Assembly (NCBI GenBank): GCA_018396635.1 | Contig: JAGTQE010000007.1 | Span: 2,747-66,746 of the forward strand | Reading direction: 5' to 3' | From: Candidatus Bathyarchaeota archaeon | Lineage (GTDB): Archaea; Thermoproteota; Bathyarchaeia; Bathyarchaeales; DTEX01 | Length of the DNA stretch: 64,000 bases | In this document: positions 44,528 to 54,523 of the stretch, in pieces | How positions within the stretch are numbered: the stretch's first letter is position 1 | Layout of the letters: each line of letters starts with the position of its first letter | Translations under genes and position numbers: made by a program | Notes under the pieces: model-generated | Databases searched by the model: none | What the model was told of the DNA's origin: nothing | The model's input: only the letters and a program-made list of their open reading frames with translations

Positions 44528-45484
44528 TTATGGCTCTCTGCCAATGGTAACTCTCACCCTAAATTTTCTTAGATCCCGGACTATCGCCGCCTCACACTCG
44601 CATCCTGGCGTCTTCTTAGATAGGATCTCTTGTAAGTCTTCCATTCTATCTATTCTCTTGCCATCGAACTCAACTATTATGTCCCCGCTCTCTATTCCAG
44701 CCCTGTCAGCTGGGCTGCCCGGGACGATCCTAACCACAAGGACTCCGTGCTCGACGGGTAGGTCATATTGTAGGGCTATTTGCCTATTCAGGCTTATGCC
44801 GGCTATCCCAAGCCACGGCTTAGCGTAGTATCCATATTGTAGTATTTCGTTGGCCACTTCCTTGGCTGCGTTTATTGGTATGGCGAAGCCTATGCCTTGA
44901 GCAAATGGGATTATGGCGGTATTTATCCCAATAACCTCACCATTAACATTGACTAATGGGCCGCCTGAGTTCCCCGGATTTATTGCGGCATCAGTTTGAA
45001 TAAGATCTCTAAAGATGCCCCTCTCAGAATATATCGTCCTTTTAACGGCGCTTATTATGCCAGAGGTCACCGTTGGCCCGCCCGCTAGACCGAAGGGATT
45101 TCCGATGGCGAAGACCCTCTGCCCGACTTTAACCTTATCTGAGTCGCCTAGATCTGTGGCAACCAATTTATCCGCCTCTATCTTTAGTATGGCTATGTCC
45201 AGACCCACATATCCACCGACAAACTTAGTCTCAAATGTCCGTCCATCCGTCAACGTGACAATTATCCTTTCAGCGTCCTCAACAACATGGTAATTGGTTA
45301 AGATATATCCTCTCTCATCAAATATGAAGCCAGACCCAATGCCCTTAACTGGAATAATCTGATAAAAGAAGTCTTGGAAAACCCTCAAAGTGTTAACGTT
45401 CACAACGCTTTTACTAACTCTCTCAAGCATCCTAATAATCTCATCTTCACTCATAGAATCACCAGTCAATTTAAAAATCTGCAT
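44528..45484 (-). CDS. HtrA/DegP-family trypsin-like serine protease with PDZ domain
   Basis: 318 aa. TNYHVV (His), DIAILK (Asp), GNSGGPL (Ser) and a C-terminal PDZ (GSPADRAGIESGDIIV). Confidence 0.9.
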   Translation of the reverse strand: MQIFKLTGDSMSEDEIIRMLERVSKSVVNVNTLRVFQDFFYQIIPVKGIGSGFIFDERGYILTNYHVVEDAERIIVTLTDGRTFETKFVGGYVGLDIAILKIEADKLVATDLGDSDKVKVGQRVFAIGNPFGLAGGPTVTSGIISAVKRTIYSERGIFRDLIQTDAAINPGNSGGPLVNVNGEVIGINTAIIPFAQGIGFAIPINAAKEVANEILQYGYYAKPWLGIAGISLNRQIALQYDLPVEHGVLVVRIVPGSPADRAGIESGDIIVEFDGKRIDRMEDLQEILSKKTPGCECEAAIVRDLRKFRVRVTIGREP

Positions 45485-45681
45485 CTCAAAAGATAAAGCT
45501 TACATTCTATTGCGAGATCTTCTGTTAGTGGAAGGCTTGTGTAATCGGTGATCCTCTATTGTTAGGGGTTCATCGCAAGATATTTACTATTCCAGTAGAG
45601 CCTTCAAACTCCAGCTTTATGTGGAAAATTGTAAGGATTAAATATAGTTGATGTTTATTAATATTGGCGGTATGGTGATCT

Positions 45682-47592
45682 ATGGCTGTTAGAGTTGGCG
45701 TGATAGGCTGTGGCGCTGTTCTTGAATACTATCATCTACCAGCCGTCCGCAGCCTTTCGGATATTGAGATTAAAGCCTTAGCCGACATTAACGAGAAACG
45801 TGTCGAGAGGATTACTAGAAAGTTTGGTTTAAGGAATGTCAGTATATATGGAGATTATCGGCAGCTTCTGAAGAATGCAGATATAGACGCTGTTTGGATA
45901 TTGACTCCGCCAGACACACATGTCCGCATAGTCATGGAGGCCTTAAATAATGAGAAGCATGCTCTATGCGAGAAGCCTATTGCAACATCTTCTAGTGAAG
46001 CGCAACTCATTAAAGATGCTTTAGAGCAGGGTTCTAGGAGCAAGCATCAAGTTTTGATGCCCGCCCACAACTTCATATTTACACCATGCTTCGAGCTGGC
46101 GCTCAAATACATCGGGGAGGGCGCTATAGGCGACATAAAGGAGATTTATGGTAGGGCTGTGTCAAACCTCATGTTTTATAGGGCTGTCACAGACTTCCGC
46201 CTGCGGGCTAAGGGTGGCGTAGCCGAGGATCAGCTTCCACATGTAATCTACTTATCCCAAGACCTCTGCGGGCAAATCAGGAGGATCACTTCTATTAGCC
46301 CGCACTCAGAGAAGAGACCAATATATGAGGATATAGAAGTTGAAGTTGAATTTGAGGGCGGCGTTAAGGGCAAACTTTCAGCAGCGTGGTCGAGTGGGGT
46401 CCCATATTTCAAGCTTAGCGTTAAGGGTAGCTCAGGCTCTATATACATGGATCTGCTCAGGGAACCCTTCACATTAACCTTAATTAAGGGCGGTGAGGGG
46501 AGAGTTATTCGTTTAAAGCCCCGCATAACTCAATATTTAGATGTCTTCTTAGGTAGGCACCCGTCGTATAGGAATGAGCATGAGCACTTCGTTAGGGTGG
46601 TGAAGGGGCTGGAGGAGCAGAGGGTTCGCGTTGAGGATGGATTAAACCTTGCCAGGGCATTGGAGATGGTGATTAATGCTATTGAGGAGAGGCCCCATGT
46701 CGGGTTGAGGGGCGGTGAGAGGGTATCGATAGTCCGAGTGAATGGCGACATAAAATCCTCTGTTAGGCGGGCCATCGAGCTCCTGGGGGGCTTGAATATC
46801 CCTAGGGGTGCTAGGGTTATTGTTAAGCCAAATGTCTGCTTCTGGAAGAACACGAGTGGCATGATAATAACTGATCCCCGTCTGCTTGAAGCGGTTCTAA
46901 GCATCGTTAAGGAGAAGAGTGACAGAATTACTGTTGTTGAGTCTGATAACAATTCTGGGACCGCTGAGAGGAGGCTGGAGAGAAGCGGAGTCATGGAGGT
47001 TATAGAGCGATGCGGCGTGGAGTTTGTTAATCTGAGCCGCGATGAGTGTGAGGAGCATGAGGTTGCAGGCTTCAAGATGCATATACCGAAAACGGTTCTG
47101 GAAGCGGATTTCCTCATAAACCTTCCGAAGATCAAGACTTGCAGTGTTGCCAACACTGTGATCTCGATATCCATGAAAAACATGTTTGGCGTGATCTCGG
47201 ACAGGAGGAAAACTGTTTTCCATGAGAAGCTTCTGGATATACTGCTCTATGTAAATAGGATTGTCCGCCAAGACCTAATAATAGTTGACGGGATAATTGG
47301 CATGGAGGGGCTTGGCCCAGTTTGGGGTAAACCAGTAAACCTTAATATTATAGTTTCAGGCCTAAACCCTGTGACCGTTGACGCTGTATGCTGTAGGATT
47401 ATTGGCATCAATCCGTATTCTGTTAGTCTCCTATGGAGGGCGTATAAGATGGGTATGGGTGAAATAGACCCTAAGAGGATTGAGGTTTTAGGTGAGAGAA
47501 TAGAGGATGTTGAGAGAAGTTTCTCACGCCCAACGCTGCTGGCAGATAATATAGTTGGCATGATTAGGGCGGCGCTGAAAACATACCTATAG
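45682..47592 (+). CDS. fusion protein: N-terminal Gfo/Idh/MocA oxidoreductase + C-terminal DUF362 domain
   Basis: 636 aa. VGVIGCGAV...EKPIA Rossmann part, then VIVKPNVCF...LINLPKIKTC...MKNMFG...IVDGIIGMEGLGPVWG, typical of DUF362. Confidence 0.8.
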   Translation: MAVRVGVIGCGAVLEYYHLPAVRSLSDIEIKALADINEKRVERITRKFGLRNVSIYGDYRQLLKNADIDAVWILTPPDTHVRIVMEALNNEKHALCEKPIATSSSEAQLIKDALEQGSRSKHQVLMPAHNFIFTPCFELALKYIGEGAIGDIKEIYGRAVSNLMFYRAVTDFRLRAKGGVAEDQLPHVIYLSQDLCGQIRRITSISPHSEKRPIYEDIEVEVEFEGGVKGKLSAAWSSGVPYFKLSVKGSSGSIYMDLLREPFTLTLIKGGEGRVIRLKPRITQYLDVFLGRHPSYRNEHEHFVRVVKGLEEQRVRVEDGLNLARALEMVINAIEERPHVGLRGGERVSIVRVNGDIKSSVRRAIELLGGLNIPRGARVIVKPNVCFWKNTSGMIITDPRLLEAVLSIVKEKSDRITVVESDNNSGTAERRLERSGVMEVIERCGVEFVNLSRDECEEHEVAGFKMHIPKTVLEADFLINLPKIKTCSVANTVISISMKNMFGVISDRRKTVFHEKLLDILLYVNRIVRQDLIIVDGIIGMEGLGPVWGKPVNLNIIVSGLNPVTVDAVCCRIIGINPYSVSLLWRAYKMGMGEIDPKRIEVLGERIEDVERSFSRPTLLADNIVGMIRAALKTYL

Positions 47593-47652
47593 GCGGCGAA
47601 GGAAAGGCTAAAGATAAAGAGATGACATTTTAGGAGATTTGGTGGCGTCTCG

Positions 47653-47994
47653 ATGGAGGTTAACATAAGGTCCACTAAGAGGGTTGTCATCCTTGGCTTA
47701 GATAGGCGTGAGCCAGAGAACATTGGCTTCTGCGCCATAACTTTCGGGGCGACCCGCCTCTTCTGGGTTGACGGATACATACTATGCCTAGAAGTTTATG
47801 AGAAGGCTATTGAGCATGAGATGGAGAAGGGGGAGTTCTATATAAGCCAATTATGTTATGCTAGCTTCCCAAAATACACTAAGGTTCTAGAGATTGAGAA
47901 GGGTACTCAGATACCGATAGTGAACGCTTCAGACATGAGGATTTATAGGGAGATAATTAGAGCAATTTTGGGCAGGGAGTCTAACAGCAGCTAG
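47653..47994 (+). CDS. hypothetical protein
   Basis: 113-aa ORF starting 61 nt after the fusion gene. I recognise no family. Confidence 0.45.
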   Translation: MEVNIRSTKRVVILGLDRREPENIGFCAITFGATRLFWVDGYILCLEVYEKAIEHEMEKGEFYISQLCYASFPKYTKVLEIEKGTQIPIVNASDMRIYREIIRAILGRESNSS

Positions 47995-48866
47995 ATTTCG
48001 TCTATCTTAGCCAGTAGGCTCTTCAGGTATTCTACGGCTTCAGCCTGCAGATCCCTTTCCCCTCCAGATTCTCCTAGATGCTCTGGGCATATAACCCCGT
48101 TATATCCCACAATCTTCAGAAGACCTAAAACTCTAGCCATATCTATGTCCCCCCTATCCAATGGAACCTCCTCAAATCTTGGGTGAGGCCATATTTTCCT
48201 AAGGTTTCTTGCGTGGGCGAAGAATATTTTCTCCTTGAATATTATTATGGCCTCATAGGGGTCGTCCCCCATCTGATATAATCCTGGACAATATGTAACC
48301 CCATTATATGGGCTTGGGGCCTCGCTTATAAGCCTATATAAGGTTTTCATGTTCCTTATCATGCTCCATGGATGATAGAAGGCGTGGTTCGCAAGCTTAA
48401 CCTTAAACCTTTCAGCCGAGTCAACTAGGAAGTCATAGAACTTAATGATCTTCCTCCAACACTCTTCCCGCCTAAGTTTACTTATGGGTCTCTCAACCAG
48501 CGGGTATACAACCGCAACCCCTATCCCGGTCTTTCCGATGTTCTCTAATGTTAATAGGAGTTTTTCTCGCTCCCTCTCTGAGCCAGCCTCGCCTAAAATT
48601 GCGTCATGGCTTAGGCCTCTTGTGATAACAATGGCCCCTAGATTAATTCCGAATCCCTCAAGGCCACTCTTATATGCTTTTAAGGGGTCTAGGTCTACGT
48701 AGCCCTTTTCATTGTAGCCTTCTATTGATGAGCTAGCTAGACATACTTCGCTGACCCCAATCCTATGACAGTAATGGGCTAATTTTACGTAGTCTCTCTC
48801 ATATGCAACTATCCCAACCCTCAAACCTAACCCCATGCTTGAATATTTTAAGTTGATGGAGCCCAT
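47991..48866 (-). CDS. xylose isomerase-like TIM-barrel sugar phosphate isomerase/epimerase
   Basis: 291 aa. His/Glu/Asp pattern (ANHAFY, HARN, CPEHL) of the AP-endonuclease-2/XI-like TIM family. An alternative ATG at 48836 removes the overlap with the upstream gene. Confidence 0.75.
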   Translation of the reverse strand: MGSINLKYSSMGLGLRVGIVAYERDYVKLAHYCHRIGVSEVCLASSSIEGYNEKGYVDLDPLKAYKSGLEGFGINLGAIVITRGLSHDAILGEAGSEREREKLLLTLENIGKTGIGVAVVYPLVERPISKLRREECWRKIIKFYDFLVDSAERFKVKLANHAFYHPWSMIRNMKTLYRLISEAPSPYNGVTYCPGLYQMGDDPYEAIIIFKEKIFFAHARNLRKIWPHPRFEEVPLDRGDIDMARVLGLLKIVGYNGVICPEHLGESGGERDLQAEAVEYLKSLLAKIDEI

Positions 48867-49735
48867 AGGTCTACGTCAACCCTCTCAACCTTCCCCTCAG
48901 CCTCAAGCTCCTCTAATACGCATCCTATCGTGACTGGCTGCGAAACCCCAACCCTCTCATGGATCTGTTTTATGCTCGCTGGCTTAGCTAAGCTTTTAAG
49001 GGCCTCTAAGACTAGGCGGGTGAGTTCCTCGATAGCCCTTAAACTCTGGCGGATATGCTCCTTAGCCTCCTCACCCCTAAGCACAGCCTTACTAAATGGT
49101 GGGAATGGGTGTCCTATGACCAGAACCTTTATTGGTTCGCTTAAAAGTCGGCGCATGGACTCAGCGTACTCTGACGAGCTATGGAAGAGCAGCGGCCTAT
49201 TCTCCCCACGCCCTTGAGCCGAATCGCCGCAGATATAGACGCCCTCCTCCTCATCGACTATACATGAGGAGCAGGGTGAGTGCCCTGGCACATGGAGGAT
49301 TCTGAGATGAGAGCCGTCGGCATCGATTAAATCGCCGTCCCTAAACAATATGTCTGGGCTAACTGGCTTAAACGAAAAGTCCCTTCCAGAGAATAGTGTC
49401 GGAAATCTGCTGTTAAGCTGCTTTATGAGGAGACCCGGATCCCTGAGAAACGGCCCCCCAAGCTCATGCACTCCAATCGAGCATTTTGTCTCATCCTTCA
49501 TTGGAGCAGCCCCGCCGCAATGATCAAAGTGGGCGTGTGTAAGTAGCAGGTGGGAGATTTTAGAGATTTCTCTGCCTAGGCTACTAATATATGGGTAGAT
49601 GGCGTTCTTCGGGGAATCCTCAACTCCAGCATCGACAACAACTATGCTCCTTCTGACAATAATGCAGGAACTAACGAAATATCCGGGCCTAGCCCAGGGG
49701 CACTCAACAAAATATATGCTATCTGTAATCTTCAT
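48848..49735 (-). CDS. MBL-fold metallo-hydrolase with C-terminal winged-helix-like tail
   Basis: 295 aa. LLTHAHFDHCGG (HxHxDH), HVPGHS. Confidence 0.8.
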   Translation of the reverse strand: MKITDSIYFVECPWARPGYFVSSCIIVRRSIVVVDAGVEDSPKNAIYPYISSLGREISKISHLLLTHAHFDHCGGAAPMKDETKCSIGVHELGGPFLRDPGLLIKQLNSRFPTLFSGRDFSFKPVSPDILFRDGDLIDADGSHLRILHVPGHSPCSSCIVDEEEGVYICGDSAQGRGENRPLLFHSSSEYAESMRRLLSEPIKVLVIGHPFPPFSKAVLRGEEAKEHIRQSLRAIEELTRLVLEALKSLAKPASIKQIHERVGVSQPVTIGCVLEELEAEGKVERVDVDLWAPST

Positions 49736-49850
49736 ATTTAAACCCCTGAATAACTTTGAAATTTGAGGCTATTTAAAGCTGGTTGTCCCCCTCCTTGGCG
49801 TAATCCCTCATATTCACATTATGGGTTCCTAGATCTAGAATGCGGCGCCA

Positions 49851-51287
49851 TCATCTTTCCTCCCAGAAGCGTATTGGCGGCTTATGATCGGCTGGTAATG
49901 GAGACTTATACTTCCTATCCCCAATCCTCGCTCTATGCTCATCCTTCGCCTTAGCGAGGAGATCCTTCCTTGTTAAGAGATCTAATACTGTTGAGGCGAT
50001 AACCTTCGCACCGAAAATAGCTGATTTATGTCCTAAGCCGACCCCGCTCTGGGCTGCGGCCTGCCATGAGTGGCCTGGGGTGCCTAGAACCCAGGCTGCC
50101 GTGCTGAACTCGACTGTGGGTGTCTGCCAGCTTACGTCCGCAAGATCAGTACTTCCGTGAGATATTCCTCCTTCGCCGGAAGGATCTGGAACTCCATCAT
50201 CGATAAGCTTATCGACTAGCTTATCCCAATCTGGCCGCTTAGAAGCCTTTAACATCGCTATCTTCTCATCTCTTGATGAAAAAATGGTTTTTGATATTTC
50301 TTCAGCAAATTTTAACTCCTCTTGATCATATTTTGGTGTGCCTATCTCCCGCATATTTTGAATAATTATCTCCGCTATTGTTCTGTTTTGGATGAGGTTA
50401 TAGCAGCCTTGAATGAACTCTACTTCCAGGCTTGTTCTAGTCATCATGGCTGCTCCTTTAGCTATGTCGAGAACCCACTCATATATTTCGTCTAGCTGAT
50501 CCCTCTCGGGCGCCCGTATATAATACCAGCTTCTAGCGTAAGCTGGAACAATATTCGGTTGGTCGCCACCCCTCTCAACAATATAATGTATCCTCGCGTC
50601 TTGGATTATATGCTCCCTCAGATAATTTACGCCAATATTCATGAGCTCTACGGCGTCTAGGGCGCTCCTACCGCGTTCGGGAGAACCGCCGGCATGTGAA
50701 GATTTGCCGTAAAAATGGAATCTAACCGAGTTAAAAGCCAAGGTGCTGGCTAACGAAACCCCATTCGTGGATCCTGGGTGATGCCCAATAACAGCATCCA
50801 CGTCATTGAAGAGCCCCTCTCTAACCATGAAAACCTTACCACCGAAGTTCTCTTCGGCTGGGCAACCGTAAAATCTGATTGTTCCCTGAATCTTACCCTT
50901 ATCCATGGCATATCTAATAGCTATGGATGCAGCGGCCCCACTCGCACCATAAATGTTGTGGCCACAACCATGACCAGGTTTTCCAGGCTCTAGAGGCTCC
51001 CGGTAAGGAACCTTCTTTTGGGATAGGCCTGGTAGGGCGTCGTATTCGCCTATTATTCCTATAATCGGTTTACCCTCACCATAACTTGCTATGAAAGCTG
51101 TTGGCATTCCAGCAACTCCTCGATCAACTTTAAAACCATGTTTTTCGAGCTCATCGGATAGGATCTTTGATGACTTGTATTCCATTAAGCCTAGCTCAGC
51201 GTACTCCCATATCTTGTCGCAGAGCTCAATTATTCTCTCCTCATTCTCCCTAATCCAGTCTATGGCGATAGCCTTCAGGCTAGACAT
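49851..51287 (-). CDS. M20-family amidohydrolase (AbgB-like)
   Basis: 478 aa. GHGCGHN, PAEE and SxD metal-ligand motifs, with the AbgB-type length and layout. Confidence 0.85.
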   Translation of the reverse strand: MSSLKAIAIDWIRENEERIIELCDKIWEYAELGLMEYKSSKILSDELEKHGFKVDRGVAGMPTAFIASYGEGKPIIGIIGEYDALPGLSQKKVPYREPLEPGKPGHGCGHNIYGASGAAASIAIRYAMDKGKIQGTIRFYGCPAEENFGGKVFMVREGLFNDVDAVIGHHPGSTNGVSLASTLAFNSVRFHFYGKSSHAGGSPERGRSALDAVELMNIGVNYLREHIIQDARIHYIVERGGDQPNIVPAYARSWYYIRAPERDQLDEIYEWVLDIAKGAAMMTRTSLEVEFIQGCYNLIQNRTIAEIIIQNMREIGTPKYDQEELKFAEEISKTIFSSRDEKIAMLKASKRPDWDKLVDKLIDDGVPDPSGEGGISHGSTDLADVSWQTPTVEFSTAAWVLGTPGHSWQAAAQSGVGLGHKSAIFGAKVIASTVLDLLTRKDLLAKAKDEHRARIGDRKYKSPLPADHKPPIRFWEER

Positions 51288-51407
51288 CCTCTATCACCAC
51301 AAACATTCATTGGCCATTGCATGGCTTAACTTTTACCATATAATTGCCTTACCAAAAAGTATTTATTCGATTTTCTGAATCATTTCAGTGCGCTGGTGAT
51401 GTGCCCT

Positions 51408-51602
51408 ATGCCGACTGAGATCTTTGACGTAGAGAAGTTTGTGGAGCTCTCTGAGAAGGCTGAGCAGTGTAGGGTTAAGAGGCTGAAGGATGTTGTCAAG
51501 CTTAAGCTCAGAACTCGAAAGATGCTTTATACGTTGAAGGTTGATCCAGCTAAGGCTGAGGAGGTACTTAAGAGGATCAAGTGTGAGGTAGTTGAGGTTT
51601 AG
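51408..51602 (+). CDS. rpl38e: ribosomal protein eL38
   Basis: 64 aa. MPTEIFDVEKF...VKLKLRTRKMLYTLKVDPAKAEEVLKRI parallels eukaryotic eL38 (MPRKIEEIKDF...[29 protein letters not shown]). The ORF track starts at the GTG at 51396. Confidence 0.75.
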   Translation: MPTEIFDVEKFVELSEKAEQCRVKRLKDVVKLKLRTRKMLYTLKVDPAKAEEVLKRIKCEVVEV

Positions 51603-51625
51603 GGGCAGCCAGATTTTCCCGCCGC

Positions 51626-52390
51626 CTAAAGGTCTAGCGTGCTTAGAATTGACTCGAAGTTCTCCCTGGAGCGTTTCTCCTTATATCTCTTTAGCGTCTG
51701 GAGCAGCTTCTCAACGTTAACCGCCTTTATAAATTCGCTGATGGTTTTGGCTATGGGGCTTCTGATAAAGAGGTATTGGCTTACGGATGTGACGTTTGAG
51801 GGTCTCCTTCTATTGCTCGCCGTCTCAAAGTCCACTATATATGCGCGGCCCCCTTCATCGACTATTATATGTTTATCGGCCCTGCTGAGCTCCCCATGAT
51901 CTAGGCCGATTGAGTCAAGCCTCCAGCACTGCTCTAAGATGTCCCTGAGAACCATCCTAAGCCTTGGGATAGCGTCACCGCCGCCTAGGCTCTTAACCCA
52001 ATCTGCTATTAACTTGCCATCAATGTATTCCATTAGGAGTAGCCTGTCTGTGTAGCCTAGAAGTTTAGGTCCAACCCCGACGCTATTGGCTATCTGGAGC
52101 ATTTCGGCCTCATGGCGAATCCTCCCCATGCTTGAGTCCACCCTACTGATTTTTAGGGCTGCCCTGCTACCATCGTTGAGGACTGCGAGGACAGCTATGC
52201 CTGTGCAACCCTTACCTAAAACTTGCAAGTTTGCGATGCTCTTCCTCCCAGTGAAGCATAGGGCTTTTACCCCAAGTCTCCCCATCTCAATTATCCTTTT
52301 CTCGGCCTCAGCCACATCGTATTTTGGATAGCATATGACCTGCCCATACTTAACGTCCCTGAGATTTTCTAGAGGGATAATGGTGCACAT
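51626..52390 (-). CDS. atypical (RIO/Bud32-like) serine/threonine protein kinase
   Basis: GKGCTG glycine loop, ALK lysine, HGELS catalytic-loop-like and VDFE (DFG-like) motifs. The ATG at 52390 lies 1 nt after the cca stop. Confidence 0.65.
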   Translation of the reverse strand: MCTIIPLENLRDVKYGQVICYPKYDVAEAEKRIIEMGRLGVKALCFTGRKSIANLQVLGKGCTGIAVLAVLNDGSRAALKISRVDSSMGRIRHEAEMLQIANSVGVGPKLLGYTDRLLLMEYIDGKLIADWVKSLGGGDAIPRLRMVLRDILEQCWRLDSIGLDHGELSRADKHIIVDEGGRAYIVDFETASNRRRPSNVTSVSQYLFIRSPIAKTISEFIKAVNVEKLLQTLKRYKEKRSRENFESILSTLDL

Positions 52391-52391
52391 T

Positions 52392-53819
52392 TTAGGCGAG
52401 CCAGCTAGGCCTGCCAATTAAATATTTTGTTAGGAATGATGCGAAGCTGCCCTCGGTTAAATAGAAGTCCCTTATCTCCTCATTGACAAGTATCTCTAGG
52501 TTGTTGAGGAAGGCCTCTGAAACTAGGCTGGCCACACCGATGCTCCCCCCACCATCCCTAAGCTTATCTTTTAGTAGGGCGACTGCATCCGAGTATTTTC
52601 TTCGCTTCTCAACGATGAGCCTATTGCCCTCAAACCTCGGGCCTGAGAATACGTCCCTAGAATTCAGGTGCTTCTTCAGAAACCTCTCACACTCAGCAGC
52701 CTTCTCTATTGGTGGGCCTATATGCTTCTCTATGCTCGGTAGGAGGCGTGTTGATACCTCCAGCAGAAATATGTTTCCAGCTTTATCATCGCTCCATATA
52801 TCGCTCCGTATGACCTCAAAGCCAAACTGCTCAAGCAGCTTTACGATGGCCCTCTGCGACCTGAAGAGCTGGCCCCAGAGTATATCTGGAACGGCTTTTA
52901 TGGGCTTGGTCTTAATGAAGATTAATGCTGAGCCCCTAGACCCTATTATTCGGAGAGCCTCCTCAACCGGATATGTTTTCGGCTCCTCCGGATAAAAGAA
53001 CTTTATGTCTGGGTTTTTGAGGAATAGTCTTGATGCCATAATAAACTCGCTCAGCCTCTCGATTCTAACGGCCGACGCAACGTTCCGGCTCTTATCCACT
53101 GGGTCGACAACTATTAGTAGGTCATTGCGAAATATCTTTCTGGCTTCACCTGGGTCTCTATAATATTTCTCAATGTCTACGACTTCGCCAATACGCCACC
53201 TCGATGCCGCCTTTAAAACATTTATGAATGAACCGTAGTGAATCGTTAGGAGCTCGCATAGGTATCCGCTGAAGCCGCCGACCTTAATCTCCGCCCCATA
53301 TACGCCTATGCCGTGCATGAAGGCCTTCAGTAGGCGCACTTCGTCCCTAACTCTATTATTCAGTTTGCCCTTAACGTAGATTGTGTGGAATGGTGTTCTA
53401 TCAACAGAGGACTTGGCATAACTGGCATCTGAGACCTTGAAGCATGGAACGAAGTTCACTGTGAAGCCGCTTATGTAAGCCTCTATATATGGGTGCTCAG
53501 CGTAGTTTTCAAGGTAGTTTCCGCCTGAAACCCTTTTGGCAGCATCTAAAACCTTGGAGAACGCCTCCCTGCCATATTCGGGGGGAAGGAGCACAAATAT
53601 ATCTATGTCCTTCTCTCCGGCCAGCCAAGTATCCTTGGCTATCGAACCCTCTATCCGAACATCAGCCTCCAACCCATCCCTAAGAAGCTCGCTTCTGAGA
53701 GCTTCAACTAGATGCATTGAGAATTTTATGGTTCTCTCCCTCTCAGCGTCATCTGGAGCCGCCCTGCGGAGAACCTCCGCACATATTTCCCTAATCTTCT
53801 CCTCATCGATCTCCAACAA
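52392..53819 (-). CDS. cca: archaeal class I CCA-adding tRNA nucleotidyltransferase
   Basis: 475 aa. EGSIAKDTWLAGEKDIDIFVLLP (GS...DxD) and the archaeal Cca body/tail layout. Confidence 0.9.
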   Translation of the reverse strand: MLEIDEEKIREICAEVLRRAAPDDAERERTIKFSMHLVEALRSELLRDGLEADVRIEGSIAKDTWLAGEKDIDIFVLLPPEYGREAFSKVLDAAKRVSGGNYLENYAEHPYIEAYISGFTVNFVPCFKVSDASYAKSSVDRTPFHTIYVKGKLNNRVRDEVRLLKAFMHGIGVYGAEIKVGGFSGYLCELLTIHYGSFINVLKAASRWRIGEVVDIEKYYRDPGEARKIFRNDLLIVVDPVDKSRNVASAVRIERLSEFIMASRLFLKNPDIKFFYPEEPKTYPVEEALRIIGSRGSALIFIKTKPIKAVPDILWGQLFRSQRAIVKLLEQFGFEVIRSDIWSDDKAGNIFLLEVSTRLLPSIEKHIGPPIEKAAECERFLKKHLNSRDVFSGPRFEGNRLIVEKRRKYSDAVALLKDKLRDGGGSIGVASLVSEAFLNNLEILVNEEIRDFYLTEGSFASFLTKYLIGRPSWLA

Positions 53820-53848
53820 TTCAATGCCTCCAAGATGCGGCTACTAAG

Positions 53849-54418
53849 TTACCTGCAAACCTCCCTCAAAGTCGAGTATATTGGGCCTTTAGGCGTTAAG
53901 ACGCTCTTCTTCAGCCTCAGACACCTAGCCTTTATGACCCCAAAACTGTGATCCTCAAACTCCCTGATAACTTTTATTAGTTCTTCCCTCTTTCTGCCGG
54001 TCTTAACTCGGGCTATCGTTATATGTGGGCTGAAGCCCTTATCATCCGGCCTTAATCCCAGCCTCTGGAGGTTCGGTTCGAGCTGATAATATATATTTCT
54101 CAGCTCGTTAATCCCCTTCCTCACGCCTGCCCAAATGACGTTTATATGTCTCATATCTGGGAAGGCTCCTAAACCCCTGATCTCAATATCGAATGGTGTA
54201 AAGGAGACTTTAACCATCTCATTATAAACCCTATCGACCATCACTGGGGTTATCTCCCCAAGAAACCTGATGGTTATGTGAATGTTTTCTGGCTCAACTA
54301 GTTTAATGTCTGCTCCGGTCTCAGCTAGAGTAGACTGAACTCTGCAAAGCTCTCTGAGAACCCCCTCATCCTCAATATCAAAGGCTATGAAGCTGCGTAT
54401 CATCTCCAAATCAATCAA
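53849..54418 (-). CDS. thpR: RNA 2',3'-cyclic phosphodiesterase (2H family, ThpR/LigT)
   Basis: 189 aa with two HxT motifs (HITIRF and HITIAR). Confidence 0.85.
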   Translation of the reverse strand: MIDLEMIRSFIAFDIEDEGVLRELCRVQSTLAETGADIKLVEPENIHITIRFLGEITPVMVDRVYNEMVKVSFTPFDIEIRGLGAFPDMRHINVIWAGVRKGINELRNIYYQLEPNLQRLGLRPDDKGFSPHITIARVKTGRKREELIKVIREFEDHSFGVIKARCLRLKKSVLTPKGPIYSTLREVCR

Positions 54419-54523
54419 ACTCCTACGACACCTACGCTATAAATTTGGATTCAGGGAATAAATCTTTGCGCTCCAGAAGATTGAGGCCGTAACCATACGC
54501 AACCAATATTATCATTTCGGGGT

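Noticed and set aside
46530-47780. Long minus-strand ORFs (217, 177 and 124 aa) opposite the Gfo/Idh/MocA-DUF362 gene.
   Set aside because: They have low-complexity Ser/Leu/Pro/Thr-rich translations with no motifs, and they lie entirely antisense to a gene with strong domain signatures. They are shadow ORFs.
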